Positions 10,203-19,854 of a stretch of 64,000 nucleotides of DNA are shown here, piece after piece; the first letter of the stretch is position 1; each line of letters starts with the position of its first letter. The DNA comes from an uncultured bacterium. GTDB lineage: Bacteria; Eisenbacteria; RBG-16-71-46; CAIMUX01; WJJG01. The translations under genes were made by a program, and so were the position numbers. The notes beneath the pieces are model-generated. The model saw only the letters and a program-made list of their open reading frames with translations, ran no database searches and had not been told where the DNA came from. The DNA lies in contig CAZTDY010000006.1 of assembly GCA_964612295.1 (NCBI GenBank), forward strand, positions 35,546-99,545. The letters are read 5' to 3'.

Positions 10203-11162
10203 CTAGATCATCGTAACCGTTCTCTTCTTCTTCAGACGCACAAAGAACTCACCCAGCAAACCCCAGGAGACGAGGGTCATCGTCAGTGAAAACAGGAGAA
10301 GACTCGAGGTCAAGAACATGAGCCCCACCTCTCCCTGCATGTATAGAACCACCGAGGCCAGCGCGAAGGCCAGCCCTCCGACGAAGGACGCGAAGCCCAG
10401 ACCGGCAAACCAGAACAGGGGCCGGTAGTAGAAGTGAATGAGCATCCGGATGGTGATCAGGTCGAGGAGCACCTTCCAGATCCGGGTGAGGCCGTACTTG
10501 GATTGCCCGTGTTCGCGTGGGCGATGGTTGACGACGATTTCACCCACGCGTGCCCCAACCGAAGTCGCCAGGGCCGGAATGAAACGGTGCATATCCGAAT
10601 AGAGACTCACGGTTTTCACGACCGAGCTCCGATAGGCCTTCAGGGAACACCCGTTGTCGTGGATGGCGACGCTGGCGATCTGCGAGATCATCCAGTTTGC
10701 GATCCGCGAGGGGAAGGTGCGCGTGACCGCATTATCCTGGCGATCCTTGCGCCAGCCACTCACCACATCGTAGCCCTCGTTCAGCTTCTCCAAGAGCCGG
10801 GGGATGTCGTGCGGGTCGTTCTGCAGATCCCCGTCCATCGAGATGACGATTTCCCCGCGGGCCAGATCAAAGCCCGCCTGCATGGCCGGAGTCTGACCGA
10901 AGTTGCGCGAGAAACAGACGACACGGATCGTGCCCTGCCCGGCAGGCTGGGCCTTCCTCTCGTCCACGATCGCCTGCAGTCGCGCGAGGGTCTCGTCGCG
11001 GCTGCCGTCATTGACGACGATGACCTCGAAAGGCCGATCGACCGACTCCAGGACCTCGCAGAGTTCATCACAGAGCGGTCCCACGTTCTCTTCTTCGTCA
11101 AACACGGGTATGACGATGGAAAGATAGGGCTCCATGACGACACTCCTCGTTCCACAGGGCAC
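10203..11162 (-). CDS. GT2 family polyprenyl-phosphate glycosyltransferase (ArnC/DPM1-like)
   Basis: LSIVIPVFDEEENV...EVIVVNDGSRDET (DxD-type GT-A motifs). C-terminal membrane helices. Confidence 0.75.
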   Translation of the reverse strand: MPCGTRSVVMEPYLSIVIPVFDEEENVGPLCDELCEVLESVDRPFEVIVVNDGSRDETLARLQAIVDERKAQPAGQGTIRVVCFSRNFGQTPAMQAGFDLARGEIVISMDGDLQNDPHDIPRLLEKLNEGYDVVSGWRKDRQDNAVTRTFPSRIANWMISQIASVAIHDNGCSLKAYRSSVVKTVSLYSDMHRFIPALATSVGARVGEIVVNHRPREHGQSKYGLTRIWKVLLDLITIRMLIHFYYRPLFWFAGLGFASFVGGLAFALASVVLYMQGEVGLMFLTSSLLLFSLTMTLVSWGLLGEFFVRLKKKRTVTMI

Positions 11163-11232
11163 AGACCTCGCCGTGAGCGTACCCTCTCCATGGATCGGTT
11201 ACACGGGTAAGTTCGGCATTCGAAACAAGATA

Positions 11233-13056
11233 TCAAGGAATCTCTTCTAGCGAATATACCCTGACCTCGGGTCCGGGATGAAGGCCTTCTTTGCCGGTGA
11301 AGGTCTTCACGAGACGTCCGTAGCTGAACAGGTCCCGATAGAAAGCGGCGAAGGAGGGGAATCTCTCGGGGGTGGAGGTATTTCGGTCCATGCAGGACAA
11401 ATACGCGTAGCTGTGGACGATGGCGTAGTCGAAGCCCTGCTGAACGTAGGACTCGTACGAGTTGACCCCCACCGGCTTCAGGGGGTTGGCCATATCCTGA
11501 TCGTAGTCGGTGGTCAGCTCGTGGACACCTGACTGCTCCTCGACCCGTCGCCACCAGGGGAATCGAATCTCCACGATGTCGTAGGTGACGCCCTGTTTGG
11601 AGGCCTCGATCTGATAGTCGAGGTAGCGCTGGTAGTGGGTGGTGAACTGCCCCGAGCCGGTCGACTCCGTCGCCGCCGGGTATACGCGGTGGATCGCCGT
11701 TTCGCTCAGGTTCAACCGGGGGCCGTTTTCGCTCACGAGGAGCCGGTTCCCGGCTGGGATGTTCGCTTCGATCCACACCTTGGCCAGCTGGCGTGTGTTC
11801 GTCCGAGAGACGAAAGTCCCTCGATCGAGGATTGCCCAGGTCGGCCAGGCCAGCAAGAGCCCCAGACCCACCAACACAATGCGGCGACTCAGCTCCGAGC
11901 GCTCCCAGAGGAGTGACAGGAGGTGCCCCCCCGTCAGGGCAAGGAAGGCGTAGAAAGGTAGCTGGTGCCGGGGTTCGGCATAGCCGGGGTAGCTGACCAC
12001 GGAGAGGCCCACAAAGACGATCGGATAGACCAGGAAGATCAGCCGAGTTCGGTCCAGACGCCTGAGAAAGACGAGCAGGCCGACGAGCGAAATGACCGCA
12101 ATCGGGAGTCCCATGCCGTGCGTGGCGAACAGCTCCTGCGCATACTCCGCGAAGCCCCCGCTGATATCGGTCGGTTGCGAGATGAAGTCGCTCGGCTGCG
12201 CTGCAGGCGGTGGGCCGAAGAGCGCCGCAACCTTGTCGATCAGATGGTTGACGTTGTAGAAGGTCGCCGTCCGTCCCAGGGGATCGAGGAAGTTGTAGGG
12301 CGCGCAGACGAAGTAGGTGCCGACGAACATGAGGAACGCCGCCCCCAGCCACCGAAGCTTGCCGACGATTTTGGCCGGGGCACCGGTGCAGGCGTCCTTT
12401 CCCCGCCACACGATTGCGACGAAGATCGGTGCGAGCATTGCCATGGGGTAGTACTTCGTGGCGGCTCCCATGCCGGCTGCCGCCGAGGCCAGCAGCAGCG
12501 GTTTCACTCCGCCTCGTTCCAGGTGGCGGAAGAGGAAGAACAGGGACAGGAAGACGAAGAAGCTCGCAGGAATGTCCGCTTTGACTTCCTGGCAGATCAC
12601 CACATGGGCATAGGTCAGGGAGAGCAGGATTGCCGCAAAGGCCCCAGCCCGCTTTCCCAGGTACCGATTGCCGAACCGATAGACCAGCCAGATCGTGGCG
12701 ATTCCAAATGCCATGGAGGTCAGCCGACCGATCAAATAGAACGGCCCCGGGTTTTGCACGAAGTAGACCGCGAACTCATCGACTGAGGTCCACATTCCAC
12801 CGACGAGCCCGATCAGGAAGAAGACCCCATACTCGGCAAACAGGAGGTACATGAGAAAGGCCGGCTTATGGAACCAGTGGGGGTTCAAGTCGAACGAGCC
12901 AAAGGACAGGGCCCGCATCACGAAGTGGTTTTCGTCCCCGAAGTAGGAGAATGGATAGTCATGCCAGAATCCGAGCAGACGCAAAAGAGTGGCACCCAGA
13001 AGGGTCGCTACCAGGATCAGCGCTGAGCGCCGGAGCGTTTCGTTATCTGCTTTCAT
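11233..13056 (-). CDS. GT-C fold glycosyltransferase (GT39/ArnT/PMT-like) with C-terminal periplasmic domain
   Basis: Polytopic N-terminal half with YFGDEN (DE motif of first periplasmic loop in GT-C enzymes). 607 aa. Confidence 0.7.
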   Translation of the reverse strand: MKADNETLRRSALILVATLLGATLLRLLGFWHDYPFSYFGDENHFVMRALSFGSFDLNPHWFHKPAFLMYLLFAEYGVFFLIGLVGGMWTSVDEFAVYFVQNPGPFYLIGRLTSMAFGIATIWLVYRFGNRYLGKRAGAFAAILLSLTYAHVVICQEVKADIPASFFVFLSLFFLFRHLERGGVKPLLLASAAAGMGAATKYYPMAMLAPIFVAIVWRGKDACTGAPAKIVGKLRWLGAAFLMFVGTYFVCAPYNFLDPLGRTATFYNVNHLIDKVAALFGPPPAAQPSDFISQPTDISGGFAEYAQELFATHGMGLPIAVISLVGLLVFLRRLDRTRLIFLVYPIVFVGLSVVSYPGYAEPRHQLPFYAFLALTGGHLLSLLWERSELSRRIVLVGLGLLLAWPTWAILDRGTFVSRTNTRQLAKVWIEANIPAGNRLLVSENGPRLNLSETAIHRVYPAATESTGSGQFTTHYQRYLDYQIEASKQGVTYDIVEIRFPWWRRVEEQSGVHELTTDYDQDMANPLKPVGVNSYESYVQQGFDYAIVHSYAYLSCMDRNTSTPERFPSFAAFYRDLFSYGRLVKTFTGKEGLHPGPEVRVYSLEEIP

Positions 13057-15007
13057 GGCTTTCAGCCGGTGTGATGGTGATCAAAGAAACCTCAGGGCGA
13101 CAAAACAACCGGATGGGGAGCTTCGACGTGCCTACCCCCCGACTGACACTCACCATCATCGACCCGTGAGCATGCGTTCCCGAGGACCATCCCTCAGGCA
13201 GCTCCCTGTTCACTCGCACGGGCGCCCCGGTCGGCCAGCAGATCTGACCTCCGTGGGTGTCTCCGGCGAGCATCAGGTCGAAACCGGAAATGTCATAGCT
13301 TTGGACGATTTCAGGGGAGTGTACGATCAACAGATCGAAAGCAGACGGGTGGAGCGGACGAACTGTGGTCTCGAACCTTCGCTCGGTGAACCACGTCGCC
13401 GGGTCTACCTGAGCCCCGTCGAACCCTTCTGCCATGAGCCCCTCGCCGCGATTATGTCGAGCGACACGGAGATTGTCAAAATTCTTCGCCTCCGCGGCGC
13501 CGTTGACCCACACGCCAACGGTTCCCCGGCCGAGACGCAGGTCCGAATCATCCCGGCACACGATTTCCCAATCGTTCGGTTCGCCGCTCTCCCGGGGCCA
13601 GAATCGCGCCTGGATCCTCGTGTGGTCCGGGTTTGTCAGGCACTGAATCCGAAACCGGTACCAACGATCGGGTCGAAAGACCGACCGGGTGGTCGTCACT
13701 CCGGTCACCGGCCCGGTTCCGTGAGGGGCGATCGTCATCCGGGACGCATCGTTCAGGCGCAGACGATAGAATCGATCGCAGGTGCGGCTGTACTGCGAGT
13801 AGAAGGTCAGCCCCAACCCCCCGTCCTCATGCCGGAAGTCCCCGGTGAACTCGTAGTCGCGCCAGAGGTACGCGTCGCCGCTCCGATAGTGCAGGAAGCT
13901 GTTGAGGCTGGTTGGTCCGCCTGCCAGGCAGGAGCTGGCCTCGCCTTGCACGGCGAACAGGGCGAGTTCGGGCAGTTTCCCCGTGACCGAGACGCCCGGC
14001 ACCCCATCGGAGAGAATCGACTCGTCCTCCAAGATCCGCACGCCGGCTTTCTGCAGCGCTCTCCCAAGTAGGTGGCGGTTGTTGAGAATCCCCTCTCCCC
14101 ACACGAGAAACTTCTCGCCCGGAAGCCCTGCAATGAATTCGACCAGCGTACCGAGTTCTTCCCCCAATTGTGTCTTGTGGCTCTCGCCGATCGGATCGAA
14201 GACGTCGCCGGTCAGAACGGTCAGCTGCGGCGCGGCGCTCTCCAACCGCTCGGCGAGCTGCCGCTCTCGCAGAGTGATGCGCGACAGGTGTAGATCGCTG
14301 AGGTGAGCGATGGTGAAGGGCCGAGTGACACCGGCGTGGGGGAGGGTCTGGCCCGTCACCTGGATCCACCGTGGTTCGATTTGGATCCCGTAGTAGAGCA
14401 GCAAGCTCATGCCCAACAGCACACCCGCCAGACCCGCCGGCACGAGCCTTTGCCGAACGCGCCGGAGAATCAACGGCAAGAGAAGAATCGCGCCGAAAAG
14501 CACCTCGACACAGAGCGACCAGGCGTTGTTCCTGTTGAACAGGCTCAGCACATAGGCGGGGATGGTCTGCCCCTCCCGCACGACATCGCCGAAGAGTGCG
14601 ACCGGTGAGCTGAAGCGGAGTTCGCTGAAGGGCCAGAGAAGCGGCACCCCGAAGGGGGCTGAATTGTCTTCGGCGAAGAAATCCATCACCGGGTGGGAGA
14701 GCGCAACCAGCACACAGCAGACGAGGACCTTCCAGGCCGCGAATGCCTGGCTCGTCCGAGCGATCAGAGACCCAACGGCAACCCCTGCCACCAGTGCGAT
14801 CGGTAGGCTGTGGGAGAGGCCGAAGTGATATCGATTCGGGTCACCCATCACAGCCCCGAACAGGAGGTCGATGTCGGGAAGCAAGGCCAGGAAGAGGCAG
14901 GCGATGAGGAGGCCGAGCTTCGGCTTCACCGGGGAGACCGGTTGTCCCTTTTGCAGTGCGCAGTAGGCCGCGATCCCAACGGCCGAGTGGGCAAGGGGCA
15001 TGGGCAC
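13043..15007 (-). CDS. membrane-anchored calcineurin-like metallophosphoesterase
   Basis: N-terminal multi-TM YdjM-like region. HLSDLHLS and LTGDVFD metal-binding motifs plus C-terminal GDTHGGQ. About 140-aa inserted domain of unknown function. Confidence 0.6.
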   Translation of the reverse strand: MPMPLAHSAVGIAAYCALQKGQPVSPVKPKLGLLIACLFLALLPDIDLLFGAVMGDPNRYHFGLSHSLPIALVAGVAVGSLIARTSQAFAAWKVLVCCVLVALSHPVMDFFAEDNSAPFGVPLLWPFSELRFSSPVALFGDVVREGQTIPAYVLSLFNRNNAWSLCVEVLFGAILLLPLILRRVRQRLVPAGLAGVLLGMSLLLYYGIQIEPRWIQVTGQTLPHAGVTRPFTIAHLSDLHLSRITLRERQLAERLESAAPQLTVLTGDVFDPIGESHKTQLGEELGTLVEFIAGLPGEKFLVWGEGILNNRHLLGRALQKAGVRILEDESILSDGVPGVSVTGKLPELALFAVQGEASSCLAGGPTSLNSFLHYRSGDAYLWRDYEFTGDFRHEDGGLGLTFYSQYSRTCDRFYRLRLNDASRMTIAPHGTGPVTGVTTTRSVFRPDRWYRFRIQCLTNPDHTRIQARFWPRESGEPNDWEIVCRDDSDLRLGRGTVGVWVNGAAEAKNFDNLRVARHNRGEGLMAEGFDGAQVDPATWFTERRFETTVRPLHPSAFDLLIVHSPEIVQSYDISGFDLMLAGDTHGGQICWPTGAPVRVNRELPEGWSSGTHAHGSMMVSVSRGVGTSKLPIRLFCRPEVSLITITPAESHESR

Positions 15008-15021
15008 GTGTCGATCCTCCC

Positions 15022-15984
15022 TCAGCGTCCTCGTTTCAGGGGAATCGAGTCCATCAGATACCAGAGGCCCGCGGGGATCGCGACCACGATGTCCATGAAG
15101 AAGCAGGTCAGCCCCAACATCATCGCGCTCGTGTAGTCGATCCCCAGGAGCGACAATACCAGAACGTAGCTACCCTCGCGGAAACCGATGCCGAGGAAGG
15201 ACACCGGGAGTCTCTCGGCCAGGACCGTGACCGGCACGAAGGCGACACAGGTCAGGAGGCTCAAAGGGATTCCCAGCGCCTTGGCGGCGAAGTAGGTCGC
15301 CAGAATGGCGAAGAGTTGCTCGAAGCAGGACAACACCGTGAAATTGAGGGTCGTGCTCTTGTAGCGCCGGTAAAGAACAAAGGCCTCGTAGTATTCTCCG
15401 AGCCTGACCTTCTCGGACAGCCGGGGCAGGTTCGCCCATCTGCTGAGACGATTCCAGATCGTGTCGCTCAAGAGCAGCACGAAGAGCAGGCAGGTGAGAA
15501 TCAGGAGGGCGACGACAACTCCCACCAACTGGCCGGTCACCTCCGAGGAGGGCAGGATGCGAAAGAGGATCGCCAGGCCGAGCAGGAGAACGATGAGGGT
15601 GGCCAAGAGCCCCAGGAGGCGCTCGAGAATGATCGAGGCCATGACCTGGGCGCCCTTGAGACCGGACTGGCTGAGCTGAACGAAACGAACGATGTCGGGA
15701 CCAATCCCAAACGGGACGGCGAAGCCCAGGAAGCAGGCTTGGTAGTACACCTTGAAGGCCGCCCACTCGCTGATCGACACCGCGAACACCTTGAGAAGAC
15801 GCTTCCATTTCCAGGCCATGAACACCCGGTCGGCGATGTTGACGGCGAACATCGCCAACAGATAGAGGACCGAGACGCGGCCCAGGAGTTCGGAGACCCG
15901 CTCGGTGTCGATGTAGTAGATCAGGACCGCGAAGACAGAGAGGCTGAGGACGACTTGCAGGGTCCTCTTCTGCCATGTGCTCAT
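15022..15984 (-). CDS. flippase-like / lysylphosphatidylglycerol-synthase TM-region family membrane protein
   Basis: About 8 predicted TM helices. Start taken at ATG 15984 (MSTWQKRTLQ...) rather than the upstream alternative start of the six-frame ORF. Confidence 0.55.
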   Translation of the reverse strand: MSTWQKRTLQVVLSLSVFAVLIYYIDTERVSELLGRVSVLYLLAMFAVNIADRVFMAWKWKRLLKVFAVSISEWAAFKVYYQACFLGFAVPFGIGPDIVRFVQLSQSGLKGAQVMASIILERLLGLLATLIVLLLGLAILFRILPSSEVTGQLVGVVVALLILTCLLFVLLLSDTIWNRLSRWANLPRLSEKVRLGEYYEAFVLYRRYKSTTLNFTVLSCFEQLFAILATYFAAKALGIPLSLLTCVAFVPVTVLAERLPVSFLGIGFREGSYVLVLSLLGIDYTSAMMLGLTCFFMDIVVAIPAGLWYLMDSIPLKRGR

Positions 15985-16015
15985 CTTCGCCACAGTTTGT
16001 CTCCCGCCGTTCCGT

Positions 16016-17215
16016 TTAGTAGACGGATTCCCCTTCAAGACGTCTTCGGATCTTCGAGCCATAGACCGCCGCAAGGCTCCTCCGACCGCGTCCCGGAAGC
16101 CGCTCGATGAAATCGGATTTGATGCGAACCCGATAATAAGGATCGTCACCCGGCCTGTTGATCCGTTTCCCGAAGCGTACTCCCCAGAAACAGCTTCTGA
16201 CCCCGGCCTCCCGCGCGGCCCGCACCGCCAGGTCGCTGCCGGTCGCGTAGGGAAGGCAGAGAGTCTGCCCGGCCTCGGGACCGAGGCGCTCTTCGATCAT
16301 CGTCTTGGCCTCGAGAAGGTCATCTCGCGCCGCCCCGAAGGCCTCCTCCGGTGATTGCAGCTCGGGCGGCGTTCGGAACCGACGATCCGATGCCAGCTGC
16401 CGCCGGAGCTGGGCTTTCCAGTCGGTTCCGGGACCCGCCGGGCGGCCGACGTTCTGCTCGTAGAATCCCCGGCAGGTCTGGAGCAGCTCGGGTGGCAGCT
16501 TCAGGGCCGGCTTTCCGGCCAGAAGGGGTGCAGAGGGCATAAGCGGCAACCCGAGATACGTGCTCCTCTCAAATGGCCGGCCGACGTCCTCGCGGTTCAG
16601 ATAGGCGGTCATCGGGGAGTTGTAGGAGGTGTGGGGCGTGTGATCATCCACGAAGTCGAGGATGCGGGGGGCAGTGAACACCTCCCGGTGAAAAAGCGTG
16701 TGCGATTCGACCGCGACCAATCCCGACCGGTACATCTGCTCCAGCTCCGCCCAGCTGCACAGGGTTTGATCCTCCGGGTCGAGAGCGCGCACCGAATCGG
16801 CGTCACGATGGCCATCCCAGACATCCTGCAGCGTGGGACGCGCCCCCTCACCGCCCGGTACGCGACCCGGGATGACGAAGACGGTGGCCCTGCAGTCGTA
16901 CTTCTTGAGTAAGGGGTACCCGTAGCGCCAGAAGCTGGAGCGCCCGTCATCCACCGTGAGCAGCACGGCGGGGCGCGTCGGCAAGGCATCCCCATCCAGC
17001 GCCGCGGCGAAGCCCGATGGCGACAATGTCTCGATTTGGTTCCGGCAGAGAAACTCGAGCTGGGCTTCGAAGCGGACCGGATCGATGGTGTGATGGACGA
17101 AGACGGGAACGCCGCCCAGATCCGGCGCCGGATTCGGCTGGAACACGAAACCGGGATAGCCGGAGAGCAGCGATCTCAATTCAAACAGCAGCTGGCTGGC
17201 GCGCGAAAACTGCAT
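16016..17215 (-). CDS. polysaccharide deacetylase (NodB/CE4 family)
   Basis: AVLLTVDDGRSSFWRYGYPLLKKYDCRATVFVIPG and HTLFH motifs of CE4 deacetylases. Confidence 0.65.
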   Translation of the reverse strand: MQFSRASQLLFELRSLLSGYPGFVFQPNPAPDLGGVPVFVHHTIDPVRFEAQLEFLCRNQIETLSPSGFAAALDGDALPTRPAVLLTVDDGRSSFWRYGYPLLKKYDCRATVFVIPGRVPGGEGARPTLQDVWDGHRDADSVRALDPEDQTLCSWAELEQMYRSGLVAVESHTLFHREVFTAPRILDFVDDHTPHTSYNSPMTAYLNREDVGRPFERSTYLGLPLMPSAPLLAGKPALKLPPELLQTCRGFYEQNVGRPAGPGTDWKAQLRRQLASDRRFRTPPELQSPEEAFGAARDDLLEAKTMIEERLGPEAGQTLCLPYATGSDLAVRAAREAGVRSCFWGVRFGKRINRPGDDPYYRVRIKSDFIERLPGRGRRSLAAVYGSKIRRRLEGESVY

Positions 17216-17245
17216 CCGTTCGATCTCTCACCAGGGCAAACAAGG

Positions 17246-18328
17246 CTACTTCGGAAGACAAGGTTTGATGAGCTTCCAATAGATGTCAAACAGATAGTTC
17301 GTCAGACGATAGCCGAAGCGTGTGATCGGATTGTGGGTGACGACGGCTCCGGAAACATAGATCGGGCCGGAGAAGAGAATGTCCCGGTCTGAAACGACGC
17401 GCGAGGACTGGATCCGTTTGCGTTTCGCCAAGAAGAAACGCAGATGTTTGATCGATCTCCAGGTGCCCGCGAGATGCAGGCCGAGCATTCCCTTGAGCGT
17501 CATGAACACGAGTTGGACGATTTCGTAGAGAACCAGCGCTGGACCGATCAGGAACAGGGTTCTGGCGGCATAGTGGGTGAGGATGTACTGCCATCGGTTG
17601 TAGATCTGCCCCACCGTGCGAGCGCGCCGCGTGCCGGTGAACGGCTTGGCCTCGTGGTGGGCGACCGCATCGGGAACGTAGAGGCACTGCGAGCCGTGGA
17701 GCATCAGACGCTGGTAGAACTCGCCGTCGTCTCCCCAACCGAACATGTAGTCTTCATCGAAGCCGCCGGCCTTGCGGGCGGCCTCCCGATCCAACAGCAG
17801 GATCCCCCCTCCAGCATTCAGCACAGGCTCTCCGGTGGCGGACCCCGCGCCCTCCGTGCTTCGCCTACCCAGAACGGCTGGAAGGAGTTCGTCCCGATCG
17901 GGACAGACAGCGGCGCCGATGTAGTGTGTCTTGCCGCCGGCCCGGTAGATCCGCTCGGGCTCCTCCCAATGCATGAGTCTTGGAGTGCAGGTGGCAACCG
18001 AGCCGTCCTTTCCCATCCAGCGCATGAGTTCCAGGAGGCAGGTTGGCTCGAACAGGATGTCGTTGTCGGTCAGCAGAAGGAGACGCGTTTGGGCCTTCTC
18101 GAGTGCGATGTTCCGCAGGATGTTTATCATCTTGGTGTTGTGCGGCTGCACATGAATGGGAAGGTCGGGGTAGGCCTCCCGGATCATCTGCACGCTGTCG
18201 TCGGTCGAGCAGTCGTCGATGACCTGCACATGGACGTCGACGCCTTCGAGTTCAAAGATCGTGCGCAAGGTCTCCAGGACCGTCTTACGGCCGTTGAAGT
18301 TGATGACTGTGACCGAAACCGATTCCAT
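17246..18328 (-). CDS. GT2 family glycosyltransferase
   Basis: VSVTVINFNGRK...VIDDCSTDDS GT-A signature. No C-terminal TM. Confidence 0.7.
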   Translation of the reverse strand: MESVSVTVINFNGRKTVLETLRTIFELEGVDVHVQVIDDCSTDDSVQMIREAYPDLPIHVQPHNTKMINILRNIALEKAQTRLLLLTDNDILFEPTCLLELMRWMGKDGSVATCTPRLMHWEEPERIYRAGGKTHYIGAAVCPDRDELLPAVLGRRSTEGAGSATGEPVLNAGGGILLLDREAARKAGGFDEDYMFGWGDDGEFYQRLMLHGSQCLYVPDAVAHHEAKPFTGTRRARTVGQIYNRWQYILTHYAARTLFLIGPALVLYEIVQLVFMTLKGMLGLHLAGTWRSIKHLRFFLAKRKRIQSSRVVSDRDILFSGPIYVSGAVVTHNPITRFGYRLTNYLFDIYWKLIKPCLPK

Positions 18329-18330
18329 GT

Positions 18331-19854
18331 TTACGTTCCGATCTCGGGGACATTCAGGAGATGGTTCTCGAGTCGATCCAGCTCCTCGGCCGCTCTCTCC
18401 GCGCTCCAGTCGAACAACTGGGCGAGTTTCGGTGCCAAGCTCAGGGCACGCTGCGGATGGTCGCCGATGTTCGTTCTCCGGACAACCAGGTCGTCGAGAT
18501 GGACGACCGCCTCATCCACGATCAGCGTGCGCAGGGCCTCTTCGGTCGCTGCCGGCAGCGCCGGCGGATTCCAGTCGAAGTCGAAGAGGATACGGTCACG
18601 ATCTGCGGCCGGCTGCCCCTCGGCATCCCGTTCGGCAGCGCGCGGCGCCGGGAACCCCAATCGTTCGAGCAGATCGCTGGCGACGCGACGGGCGGTCGTG
18701 TACTTCACCCCAATCACGCTGATCAGCCCCCTCGGGCCGCCCTGTTTGCCGTGGTCGACAATGAGAGGGCGATTGGCCAGGACGACCGCCTCCCCGCTGG
18801 TCCCCGGCTTGCGCGGCAACCGCCCGGCGAAGACGTGTTTGACATCATCGTGTCGGGCCTGGAGCCCCGGAATCGATCGATTCAGGTCTTCGAGAAACGC
18901 GTCCACCATTCGAGCGGTCGGCCGCGGGGGCGACTCAGGGTCGGGCCACACTTCATAGCAGGTGCCGGCCATCACGCGCCCTTTCCAGGGAACCAGGATG
19001 TAGGTTTGGGCTCCCGGCTTCTTCGGGGTGACCGCCAGGGCGTGGTCGGATGGCGATGGCCGATCCAGCAACAGGTTCCAAGCCAATGCGGCGCGAAACC
19101 GCGGTGCGTCGTGGGTACCGAAGCGGCCGGCCACCTCCTGGGCCCAGGGCCCGGCTGCGTTCACCACGAGCGGTGCGCGAAACTCATATGTGCCGCCGTC
19201 ACCCCGGTCCCGGGCGCGCACGCCGCACGCCTGCCCATCGCGCGTGAGGAGGCCTTCGGCTTCGACGTAGTTGAGCGCCTGCGAGCCCCGCGCACAGAGC
19301 CGGTGGAGGATCTCCATCAGAAGCCGCTGCTCGTCCGGGGCGAACGCGTCGTACCAGATCGCCCCGCCCTGCAGTCCCGCGGTATCGACGTCTGGGAACA
19401 TCCGGGCGACCGTCTCCGGATCCACCAGGCGGCCATCGGGCAGAGACTGCTCGGGTGAAAGACCCCGGTTCCGGGTCGAGGAGAGCAGATCATTGACCTT
19501 GAGTGCCGGTCCGAGAATCGCGCGCCGGCGCAGACCTTTGCCGTAGAGCGGCATCAGGCAAGGGAGCGGATGGACCTGGTCCGGGAAGCGGCTCAGAAAC
19601 CAGCGTCGTTCGGCGACGGACTGCTGATGGCGCTTGAGATCCGCCGACTGCAGGTAGCGGAACCCGCCGTGAATGATGCGCAGGCTGTTGAAGCTCGTAT
19701 GGGCACCAAAATCGTCTCGCTCGAGAAGAAGGGTGCGCAGTCCCCGCCGGGCTGCTTCATAGGTCAGCAGCACTCCGTAGATGCCACCGCCCACCACAAT
19801 CAAGTCATACTCTCCAGCAGCGGCGGCCGGGATCGCGCGGTCAATCCGGCCCAT
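18331..19854 (-). CDS. FAD-dependent oxidoreductase, glycerol-3-phosphate dehydrogenase (GlpA/GlpD)-like
   Basis: YDLIVVGGGIYG Rossmann FAD motif followed by LRIIHGGFRYL characteristic of GlpD/GlpA family. 507 aa. Confidence 0.65.
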   Translation of the reverse strand: MGRIDRAIPAAAAGEYDLIVVGGGIYGVLLTYEAARRGLRTLLLERDDFGAHTSFNSLRIIHGGFRYLQSADLKRHQQSVAERRWFLSRFPDQVHPLPCLMPLYGKGLRRRAILGPALKVNDLLSSTRNRGLSPEQSLPDGRLVDPETVARMFPDVDTAGLQGGAIWYDAFAPDEQRLLMEILHRLCARGSQALNYVEAEGLLTRDGQACGVRARDRGDGGTYEFRAPLVVNAAGPWAQEVAGRFGTHDAPRFRAALAWNLLLDRPSPSDHALAVTPKKPGAQTYILVPWKGRVMAGTCYEVWPDPESPPRPTARMVDAFLEDLNRSIPGLQARHDDVKHVFAGRLPRKPGTSGEAVVLANRPLIVDHGKQGGPRGLISVIGVKYTTARRVASDLLERLGFPAPRAAERDAEGQPAADRDRILFDFDWNPPALPAATEEALRTLIVDEAVVHLDDLVVRRTNIGDHPQRALSLAPKLAQLFDWSAERAAEELDRLENHLLNVPEIGT

